Shown here: positions 8,174 to 14,734 of the stretch, piece by piece
Layout: each line of letters starts with the position of its first letter
How positions within the stretch are numbered: position 1 is the stretch's first letter
Assembly: GCA_036918135.1 (NCBI GenBank)
Contig: JBALDB010000044.1
Coordinates: 1-14,734 of the forward strand
Source of the DNA: Nostoc sp.
GTDB lineage: Bacteria; Cyanobacteriota; Cyanobacteriia; Cyanobacteriales; Nostocaceae
Length of the DNA stretch: 14,734 nucleotides
Direction of reading: 5' to 3'
Program-made: the position numbers and the translations under genes
The notes under the pieces: model-generated
Told to the model about the DNA's origin: nothing
Database searches by the model: none
The model's input: the letters and a program-made list of their open reading frames with translations, nothing else

Positions 8174-8542
8174 CTAAAAAGTACCAAGTTCTTCATTCTC
8201 AGTCTGAGGAACTTCCCCGCTTTCAAAAGGGATATCATCTGGGTCAGGTTCTTCTGCTTGTTGATTTAACTCCTCTTCCTTGTATTTGAGTTCTTGTAGC
8301 CTCTGTTCGTAGTCGGAAATTTGCTCTTTTAGATGACTAGCTTTTGTCTCTAGAGTTTGAATTTGAGTCACAATTCCCTTTTCTTGCGACTCCCTAATTT
8401 TTCGCTCTACCTTCTCCATTAGTAGAGAAGTTGCCTCCTCGTCGTCTTCCCCTTCTGATACTTCAGCCCAGAGTTCTAGGTGCTTATTTTCGTAACTTCC
8501 GAGGTTGAGGACTCGTTTGTAAGAAATAGTTTTGACTTGCAT
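8174..8542 (-). CDS. Hypothetical phage-like coiled-coil protein with acidic tail
   Basis: 122 aa; N-terminal R..NLG.YE beta-rich motif, central coiled coil, PDDIPF in the tail. Confidence 0.72.
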   Translation of the reverse strand: MQVKTISYKRVLNLGSYENKHLELWAEVSEGEDDEEATSLLMEKVERKIRESQEKGIVTQIQTLETKASHLKEQISDYEQRLQELKYKEEELNQQAEEPDPDDIPFESGEVPQTENEELGTF

Positions 8543-8576
8543 AAGTTTGTGATATTTTTGACTTGAATAGATGCAC

Positions 8577-8605
8577 GGCGGTCGCGTAATGCAACCGCGA
8601 TCGCC
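8577..8605. other. Intergenic GC-rich hairpin containing HIP1
   Basis: ggcggtcgcg / cgcgatcgcc inverted repeat just past the stop of 8611..8799. Confidence 0.45.
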
Positions 8606-8610
8606 TTTAA

Positions 8611-8799
8611 TTAGCTATTGAGTTTTTCGATAATCACTCCTCCTTGAGGATTTGGAAATGCAATGGAATTGCAAGGGGAATTTGTCAGCATTTCTATCTG
8701 CTTAGGCCAGTGCGCTTCTAGTTCAATCTTGCTCATTTCAAAACTTTGCTCTGCATTCTCGTTGTTAGCAGGTAGAGTAACTCGGAATTTACGGCTCAT
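8611..8799 (-). CDS. Small hypothetical protein
   Basis: Starts 4 nt after the ATPase stop, with GGAGG upstream. Confidence 0.65.
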   Translation of the reverse strand: MSRKFRVTLPANNENAEQSFEMSKIELEAHWPKQIEMLTNSPCNSIAFPNPQGGVIIEKLNS

Positions 8800-8803
8800 T
8801 TTT

Positions 8804-10015
8804 TTACCCTCCGAACTGTTTTCTTAATCGCTCCAGTAGGGACATCCCTTCACCGTAGCGCTTGCCAGTGAAGCCCAGCACCTCAGTGACAATCGTGCTA
8901 TCGCTTTTCCCCTCCCCAAATCGCACAATTAGCCGCCAAAGTAAGCGGTCATTATCCGAACAATTTTCCTCAAAAACGGCTCCTGGAGCGGTTTTGAGGT
9001 CATTTTCAGCCCGTTTTTCGGGCTGATTTGCATTGTCGGGGTATGGTTGGGGTATGGTTGAACCACCGCGCAGCGCTGCGGCTTTCATCTCGCGGTATGG
9101 GGGGAGTTTTAACGGCTGATCGTCGAGTAAGCAGTGGGACTGGTCGAGCTTTAACCAGTTGATAAGCTGCTCATTTTTCAAGCTTTTGGCATGAGCTACA
9201 GCCTTCTTACCCAAGCGGATGCGGTAGAAAGCATCGGCTAAGTCGCTCTTGCCTTCCAGTCCCCAAGCTGCAACGCGGTCATACTGCGAGAGCAGCACTG
9301 TGAACCGTTGGGCTTTTCTTCCCCTCCTGGCGTGGCGTTCGAGCCACTCACCGGAATTCTCTACCTTTGAAACGAGTTCGGGGTACTCCTCAACGATGAT
9401 TACGCGCTCACTCCCGGCTAAAGCCGCGTCACCGCGCTGCTCGCGGGTCTTCATCTGTTGAGACAAGTCCTCTAAGTCCTCAGCCATTCCCCGGTCGATA
9501 GCTGTCCAGTTCTCACCTTTTCCCAGTACCTCAAGCCCCTGCCAGTCTGTGGGCGTGCCTTCGCACTCGTAGACGCGAACGCGACCGCCCACGGTATAAG
9601 CAAGGTATTGGGCAAGGGTAGATTTTCCTGTGCCCATCTCGCCAATAATCATCACCTGTTTACCCTCAATGGCACTGATGATATCGGTGATTATTTCTAG
9701 CGGCTCCTCAACAACAGCAGCGCTGGCTTCAATGACTTGAGTCATGGGAGTGCCAGCGTAAGGGAGAGCGTCGTAGACTTTAAGCAAGCGCTTGACCCCG
9801 TTCTCAAAGCCGTCACACAGCCAAACGCCGAATTTGAAGGTAGCGCGGGTGACATTTACACCGAACAGTGAAGCTGAAAACAGTACTCTCCCTACTCCCC
9901 AAGCACAGTAACGCAGTAGAGTTTTACTGTCTGGCAAGTGCATCTCAACCCAGGTGTGGGCGTTAGCGGTTTTAGGAGGAGTGGCAACTTTGATGTCAAT
10001 TAAGTCATTTGCCAT
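8804..10015 (-). CDS. P-loop ATPase, FtsK/HerA-like, with N-terminal hydrophobic segment
   Basis: Walker A GEMGTGKS, Walker B VIIVEE, RRGRK...VLLSQ motif. ATG 10015 preceded by GAGGTG is the preferred start. Confidence 0.72.
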   Translation of the reverse strand: MANDLIDIKVATPPKTANAHTWVEMHLPDSKTLLRYCAWGVGRVLFSASLFGVNVTRATFKFGVWLCDGFENGVKRLLKVYDALPYAGTPMTQVIEASAAVVEEPLEIITDIISAIEGKQVMIIGEMGTGKSTLAQYLAYTVGGRVRVYECEGTPTDWQGLEVLGKGENWTAIDRGMAEDLEDLSQQMKTREQRGDAALAGSERVIIVEEYPELVSKVENSGEWLERHARRGRKAQRFTVLLSQYDRVAAWGLEGKSDLADAFYRIRLGKKAVAHAKSLKNEQLINWLKLDQSHCLLDDQPLKLPPYREMKAAALRGGSTIPQPYPDNANQPEKRAENDLKTAPGAVFEENCSDNDRLLWRLIVRFGEGKSDSTIVTEVLGFTGKRYGEGMSLLERLRKQFGG

Positions 10016-10127
10016 ACTGCACCTCAATTTTGAAGTAGAAAGGCTGGCTAGATTGATGTTTGCAAAGTGCAATGATGCCGACGAGCAGTGCAGCTAGGGT
10101 CAACAGCAGAATTAGTAGTTGGCTCAT
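10005..10127 (-). CDS. 40-aa single-pass membrane peptide (not in the ORF track)
   Basis: MSQLLILLLTLAALLVGIIALCKHQSSQPFYFKIEVQYGK*. ATGA overlap with the upstream stop, GGAGG RBS, stop overlaps the ATPase 5' end. Confidence 0.65.
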   Translation of the reverse strand: MSQLLILLLTLAALLVGIIALCKHQSSQPFYFKIEVQYGK

Positions 10128-10336
10128 TCTTCCTCCCACCGCTCTACTGCATCAACATAGGACTGTTGCCAGCCGCGTCTCTCTGGAGGTTTTGCTAGGG
10201 TTTCGGCTGCATCTACGTTGTAAGGACAGTTGGGGTTTTTGTCGTCCAGTTCGCCGAGAATTTGGTGAAACTTCTCTGGTGAGGCAGAACTGGAGATATG
10301 AGGGATGCAGCGAATTTTGGGCGGCTGGTTACTCAT
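10124..10336 (-). CDS. Hypothetical protein (70 aa)
   Basis: GAGGT RBS; overlaps the upstream stop. Confidence 0.62.
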   Translation of the reverse strand: MSNQPPKIRCIPHISSSASPEKFHQILGELDDKNPNCPYNVDAAETLAKPPERRGWQQSYVDAVERWEEE

Positions 10337-10541
10337 GATTTACCTCAATTTCAAAAATTCTCACAGGCTCAATTGATGGCGGCTGCACTTCCCAAATGAG
10401 GTAAGTGAGCGCTGTTTGAGCATCACCTATAGTGAGGTCTGGCTGGTATCCTTTGTTTACCAAGGATTGGTAGTCTGGATGTTCGCTAATTTCACTAATT
10501 AGTACTGAAGCCTCAGTTATTAGTTCACAGAGTGGTTTCAT
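10329..10541 (-). CDS. Hypothetical protein (70 aa)
   Basis: Co-oriented ORF coupled to the downstream gene. Confidence 0.62.
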   Translation of the reverse strand: MKPLCELITEASVLISEISEHPDYQSLVNKGYQPDLTIGDAQTALTYLIWEVQPPSIEPVRIFEIEVNHE

Positions 10542-10596
10542 GGTAAATTTTGATTGGTAAGGACGGTGTTAAATCGCCGTCAAAACAGGCTCCAGG

Positions 10597-10956
10597 TCAT
10601 GACTGGGGCTTGTTTTGTGTTGGGTGATTGGATAACGAAACTCGAAAGCATCGACCGCCGCCAACCATCATCACCTCGCGATCGGCAAGGCGGACGGCTT
10701 TGCTACGGCTGACTTTCATCAGGGGAAATGAACCATCCGGCGAAAGGCTGAACACCTCGTAATTTCTTAAGGAGTTCCATTCGACGGCTGTTCTATCGCA
10801 CAGTCCCAAATACTCAACTTGATTCATGTCTGCGGCTGAAGCAGCACTAGGCAAGGATGGCAAGTATCGTTTTGCTCTTTCTTTTTTTGTCTTAGCCTCG
10901 GTGGTTTCTTCAGTCTTTGCTATTTTGGTGCCGTTGGTGGCTTCTAATAGTTCCAT
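10597..10956 (-). CDS. Hypothetical protein (119 aa), first clear gene of the leftward operon
   Basis: ATG immediately abuts the 44-bp repeat array. Confidence 0.68.
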   Translation of the reverse strand: MELLEATNGTKIAKTEETTEAKTKKERAKRYLPSLPSAASAADMNQVEYLGLCDRTAVEWNSLRNYEVFSLSPDGSFPLMKVSRSKAVRLADREVMMVGGGRCFRVSLSNHPTQNKPQS

Positions 10957-11088
10957 AGTCCTTGAATACTAGGGTTATAGTCCCGCTTATGCGGCATTTA
11001 AGTCCTTGAATACTAGGGTTGTAGTCCCGCTTATGCGGTATTTAAGTCCCTGCATACTGGGGTTATAGTCCCGCTTATGCAGCACTTA
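10957..11088. repeat. 3 x 44-bp tandem repeat built of alternating 22-bp halves
   Basis: Units start at 10957, 11001, 11045; consensus agtccttgaatactagggttat-agtcccgcttatgcggcattta. Confidence 0.95.
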
Positions 11089-11275
11089 AGGCAGGGTTTA
11101 CTACTGCGATCGCACAATATTAATTTTGGTAAAAGCCTTGTCCTGATTGGTTTTTAGCGTTTTTGAGTTAGAATCTACCTCCTATACTTTTGGGTTTTGT
11201 CTTGTTAATTGACTCCCCAGCAGGTCTTTACATTGCCTCAGTGGCTACAGGCTGCTATCTCTGTCTGGTTGGGAG

Positions 11276-11296
11276 TTAGTCATTAGTCATTGGGCA
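11276..11296. repeat. Heptamer STRR-like repeat
   Basis: ttagtca ttagtca ttgggca; typical of heterocystous cyanobacteria. Confidence 0.55.
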
Positions 11297-11477
11297 TCAG
11301 GTACAGGGTTCGTGCAAGGTAGCACGGATGTTTGCGCCATAATTGCCGCACGAAATGGTGCGGACAAACAGGCATTATTGCGAACTCGCTGCTCGATGGC
11401 AAACTTAGACACAGAGAAGCTAGCCAAACAATTGACCTACCAAAGCCAGAACACCTGGCTAGTCTTCTGTTGTCTAC

Positions 11478-11528
11478 AAAAGCAAGCATACTTGCTTTTT
11501 CTGGCTTATGTCAAGCACGCTTGCTTTT
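11478..11528 (-). promoter_or_regulatory. Leftward sigma70-type promoter overlapped by two CAAG-N4-CTTG operator-like palindromes
   Basis: Minus strand TTGACA (11514-11509), 18 nt, TATGCT (11490-11485). Palindromes aaaagcaag-cata-cttgctttt (11478-11499) and caag-cacg-cttg (11512-11523). Confidence 0.65.
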
Positions 11529-11539
11529 TATTGGAAAAT

Positions 11540-11818
11540 ATGGCAAGAAAGAAGAAACCAGAGAATCCAGAAGATATGCCTCCTTTGCAGCGCCTGAGAG
11601 AGGCGGCTAATTTGACCCAAGCACAGTTAGCAAGCCGTATACCCGACAAAACTAGGAGTAAGACTTTAAGCCGACAGGTCATCAGTGGATGGGAGAGAGG
11701 TGAATATGAGCCAGAATTAACAATTCCGCAAATGAAAGCCTTGTGTCGAGCATTGGGCGTCGTACTTGAAGATTTACCCGATGATCTTGGCCCACTGAAT
11801 AAATCATTGGTGAGCTAG
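11540..11818 (+). CDS. XRE/Cro-CI family HTH transcriptional regulator
   Basis: LQRLREAANLTQAQLA...SRQVISGWERG..EP....MKALCRALGV. ATG 11540 preferred over the 11312 extension. Confidence 0.9.
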   Translation: MARKKKPENPEDMPPLQRLREAANLTQAQLASRIPDKTRSKTLSRQVISGWERGEYEPELTIPQMKALCRALGVVLEDLPDDLGPLNKSLVS

Positions 11819-11823
11819 GAGAT

Positions 11824-11867
11824 GTAGGTGAGTGGATTCTCTTGGGCAAAAAAAATCACTCACCTAC
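11824..11867. terminator. Hairpin just downstream of the HTH gene (possible terminator or stabilising stem)
   Basis: gtaggtgagtg (11824-11834) / cactcacctac (11857-11867); no clear U-tract. Confidence 0.45.
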
Positions 11868-12019
11868 TATTCAAGTGAGTGATTAATTTGTAAAAATCAA
11901 AAAATAATCAACATGAATAATAACAGGAAAACAAAGAATCCTCTAGATATTCAGATAGAATCTAGTGCCTTCACTAGCCTTTATTCTAACACAATAATAG
12001 GCATTCGGGGGATACAAAA

Positions 12020-14455
12020 ATGACACAAGGTATTTATAAATTCCCCCAAGAACAGCTAAGTTTTCAATCCGATTCTGGCAAAGTATTACCATGTGAAATA
12101 GAAGCCGAAGAAACAATCATTGGTGGTATATTAGATGACCCGAATGCGATTTACCGCATCAAAGACAGACTCAAGCCAGAACACTTTTATATCGGTGCCC
12201 ATAAAGACATTTATCAAGCCTGTTTAAGACTTTGTAATAAGGGCAAACCAAACGACTTGTTGAGTGTCACTAGCTTGCTAAGAGACCACGGCATTCTTGC
12301 AAAAGTAGGTGGTCAAAACAAGCTTGCTTCTGTAATGAAATGGAATGTCAGCACCGTCAACATTGACCACATGGCTGACTTGGTGATTAAATCATCTGTT
12401 TTTAGACAGGTGATTAAACTGGGTGGCGAGATTACTTCTTTCGGATATGAAACCCAGCGTGAATTACCTGATTTGTTAGCGGAAATCACAGAGAGAACTC
12501 GGTCAATTATTGAGACACCAATTGCCCCAACAAGAGATGAACACGAGCAATGGTTGCACGATAGATTACTTAATGAATTGACAACTATTTATACAACTTG
12601 TTCTCAACCTTCCTTAAGACTTTTAAAACTCAAACGACTAGCAGATGAGCATCATTTTTCGACGAAATTCTTAGAACACTTCTACTTGAAAACTCTCATT
12701 GCCCAATGTACTGAATTACTCACCTATGAAGAGTTGAAAGAACTAGCAGGCTCTACAGTTAGAGAGTGGTTACTAAATGGTCTAATTCCCCAAAGCACGA
12801 CAATTTTATTAGCCTCAGATGGTGGAGTTGGTAAAACTAAATTTGCCTATGCCATTGGTAAAATTTTGATTCAAGGCACTCAATTTGGCCCATTTGTAAC
12901 GACAGGTAAAAGGAAGATTCTTTACTACCAAGGAGACGAAAGCCCAGGTGATATGTTGCAAGCCTTGGATTCTCTCGGTTATTCAGAGCAAGATATCGGC
13001 GAGTCAGTTCGCGTACGCTTTGGCTGGAGTGCTGAGAATATGCCAACACTCATTCAGGATTTAAAGGAATTTCAGCCAGAGCTTGTTTTTATTGACTCGT
13101 TATCGACTGCCAACCGCTTTTCAATTTACCGCGAGTCAGAAATGGAATATGCTCGCCCTATTTTGGAGATGACCGGGCTGGCTACCCAGTACAAAACCAC
13201 CTTTGTCATCATTCACCACACAAACAAAGAAGGTGGCGTGCGTGGCACGACCGCAATTAGAAATGCAGTTTCAGAAGTTTGGACGCTGACCAAGGACAAC
13301 AAAGAAACCGCTACCCCTTACGACCGCATCCTAGAAATCGATAAATCGCGATCGCGCTCCTCTAATAAAAAATACCGTATGTACTTCAACCCAGATGACC
13401 TCAGTTTTACCTTCCTAGGTGAAGAAGGGGACGAGCTTGGCGGTCTTGGTCAGTCTGCCAAGGAATCAACTTTGCAACTTTTGGCTGACAACAGAAATAT
13501 CAAATTTACTAGTGAAGAGATAGCCTACAGGCTAGGACTCTCTAAAGCCTATGCACGGCGTTACTTGGGTGAGCTATCTGCTGATGGGATGATTAGCGTC
13601 AAACGTCAACCGGGGAAAGCTAACACCTATTTTTTAGCCTTTAAGGAAGGATCGCCAAAGGATCACCCCTCGGATCACCTCACTTCACATACTGAAAGTG
13701 TTGATAGTACTGAATTACAGTTGAATCCAGAGATTGGTATAAAAAACACAGGATCGCCCCAGGATCACCCCTCGGATCACCTACCAAACGTAGACATAGT
13801 AAGCAATACAAGCAAAGGTGATCCTCAAACTGATAAAAATAGCGATAAAACACCCGACTCAGAAATTTTGATAGCGCCAAGTCACATCGAGGATCACCTT
13901 CGCTCGAATGCTTTACCAGATAACAGTTCTGTCGGTGATCCAGTGGGTGATCCTACCCTGAATATGTGTGAAAATATACAGCCTAGTCAAATAGAGGTTG
14001 AACCACTACCAGTTAACGATTTGAGCGCTTCTACTCAGGGCGATCCGGGGGGTGATCCTGGGGTGATCTTCCCTAGCGATCACCACCCCACCCCCTCGGC
14101 GACAAAATTAAAATTACCCCTCCTGCCCTTGCTTGAAGAGAAAGGTATCTACTGGAGTGCTTCATTTAAGCGAGAAGTCAAAGTATTCCTGATTTTTGAT
14201 GAGATGACTCAGGCTAGTTGTCAAATTCCGGGACGGGGCACATTTAGTTTAGAGTTTAGGGACTTGCAATGCTGTGAGCAATCCCCCAGGCACGATTTCA
14301 AAGTCGGCGACATGGTAGTTATTTTAACTGGCAAGCTTAAAGAAACCTTCGCAACCATTACCGACATTCGAGCCGATGGCATCTGGCTTAAATCCGAGGA
14401 TCGTAAAAAACGACTAGCTAAACCTTTCTGGCCTCACCAACTGGCAAAAGCCTGA
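12020..14455 (+). CDS. Replication protein: DnaB-like N-terminal domain + AAA_25/RepA-like helicase + winged HTH + low-complexity linker + KOW/SH3-like end
   Basis: P..IEAEE.IIG.IL...L.PEHFY..AH..IY (DnaB N-terminus); Walker A SDGGVGKT; Walker B VFIDS; IIHHTNK; EIAYRLGLSKAYARRYL.EL...G.I (wHTH); FKVGDMVVILTGK. Confidence 0.8.
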   Translation: MTQGIYKFPQEQLSFQSDSGKVLPCEIEAEETIIGGILDDPNAIYRIKDRLKPEHFYIGAHKDIYQACLRLCNKGKPNDLLSVTSLLRDHGILAKVGGQNKLASVMKWNVSTVNIDHMADLVIKSSVFRQVIKLGGEITSFGYETQRELPDLLAEITERTRSIIETPIAPTRDEHEQWLHDRLLNELTTIYTTCSQPSLRLLKLKRLADEHHFSTKFLEHFYLKTLIAQCTELLTYEELKELAGSTVREWLLNGLIPQSTTILLASDGGVGKTKFAYAIGKILIQGTQFGPFVTTGKRKILYYQGDESPGDMLQALDSLGYSEQDIGESVRVRFGWSAENMPTLIQDLKEFQPELVFIDSLSTANRFSIYRESEMEYARPILEMTGLATQYKTTFVIIHHTNKEGGVRGTTAIRNAVSEVWTLTKDNKETATPYDRILEIDKSRSRSSNKKYRMYFNPDDLSFTFLGEEGDELGGLGQSAKESTLQLLADNRNIKFTSEEIAYRLGLSKAYARRYLGELSADGMISVKRQPGKANTYFLAFKEGSPKDHPSDHLTSHTESVDSTELQLNPEIGIKNTGSPQDHPSDHLPNVDIVSNTSKGDPQTDKNSDKTPDSEILIAPSHIEDHLRSNALPDNSSVGDPVGDPTLNMCENIQPSQIEVEPLPVNDLSASTQGDPGGDPGVIFPSDHHPTPSATKLKLPLLPLLEEKGIYWSASFKREVKVFLIFDEMTQASCQIPGRGTFSLEFRDLQCCEQSPRHDFKVGDMVVILTGKLKETFATITDIRADGIWLKSEDRKKRLAKPFWPHQLAKA
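13649..14084. repeat. Cluster of ~13 GGATCRCC boxes (iteron-like, putative origin) inside the rep gene
   Basis: Forward copies at 13649, 13660, 13672, 13751, 13762, 13774, 13891 (imperfect 14077). Inverted copies at 13817, 13934, 13946, 14039, 14051 (imperfect 14062). Confidence 0.75.
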
Positions 14456-14457
14456 CA

Positions 14458-14734
14458 TTATAACTCGCCGGAGTACTTGTTGCAAGTCTCGTCAGCGATG
14501 CCCAAAGCCGCAGGATTCTCTTGCAGCAGCTTTTGAAATTTCCGTAGCTCATCCCAGGCGCGGCTGGTGATGTCTGGTTTTTTGGAATGCTGGTTAGGGC
14601 GATACCCCTTGCGTCTAATCTTGGCGTAGCTGTCAATTGCTTTGAGAAGTAAATCGCCCGTGTTGACGTGTGACACGCCAATACCGCTATCTACTGCTCT
14701 GGCATATTCCATAATTTGGGCTTCTAGCGCAATT
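14458..14734 (-). CDS. Hypothetical protein, probably 5'-truncated by the window edge
   Basis: Frame stays open upstream of ATG 14712 to the window end; converges on the rep stop with a 2-nt gap. Confidence 0.5.
   Translation of the reverse strand, partial: IALEAQIMEYARAVDSGIGVSHVNTGDLLLKAIDSYAKIRRKGYRPNQHSKKPDITSRAWDELRKFQKLLQENPAALGIADETCNKYSGEL

Larger units (their letters stand above)
5763..14734. mobile_element. Plasmid/prophage/satellite-like element (right end not in window, left end inferred)
   Basis: Visibly higher GC, divergent HTH switch, rep helicase, FtsK/HerA-like ATPase, coupled small ORFs. No integrase or virion genes seen in the window. Confidence 0.55.

Noticed and set aside
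10943..10997. 17-codon uORF starting in repeat copy 1 (MPHKRDYNPSIQGLWNY)
   Set aside because: The ATG is not conserved in the other two copies; no further support.
10957..11088. CRISPR or TIGR array
   Set aside because: Units are near-identical with no variable spacers, no cas genes are present, and no box C/D-like motifs are seen; the period is 44 bp.
11280..11310. Second hammerhead in the leader (CUGAUG on the minus strand)
   Set aside because: Reads CUGAUGC, with no stem II followed by GAAA.
11283..11610. ORFs 11283..11489 (-), 11332..11610 (+) and the N-terminal extension 11312-11539 of the HTH gene
   Set aside because: They overlap the predicted promoter, operators and stem-rich leader; the HTH protein is complete from ATG 11540.
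1490..14681. Short antisense or out-of-frame ORFs (1490, 2438, 3649, 5187, 5577, 6018, 6618, 9249, 10060, 12837, 13680, 14418)
   Set aside because: Mostly shadows of better-supported genes, with no motifs or convincing RBS.

Overview
Two-part window, very likely from a filamentous, Nostoc-like cyanobacterium (seven HIP1 GCGATCGC sites, heptamer STRR-like repeats). The AT-rich left part (1-5802) is a tandem array of five paralogous exported beta-sandwich proteins, three with PEP-CTERM tails and two without, interrupted by an orphan modA. The more GC-rich right part (~5763-14734) looks like a plasmid/prophage-like element. It has an XRE-HTH switch with a leftward promoter and operator-like palindromes, a rightward DnaB-N/AAA helicase-like rep gene containing ~13 GGATCRCC iteron-like boxes, and a long leftward operon (structured leader, 3x44-bp repeat, small ORFs, FtsK/HerA-type ATPase, IS110-family recombinase). 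Top observation: a complete hammerhead ribozyme core on the minus strand, whose CUGA contains the stop codon of the preceding gene. It is predicted to cut at GUC (7886/7885) and create the 5' end of a ~240-nt highly structured RNA directly upstream of an apparently intact IS110 recombinase. This is a candidate ribozyme-processed bridge/guide-RNA recombinase system embedded in a phage-like operon. All calls are by eye; no searches were run.
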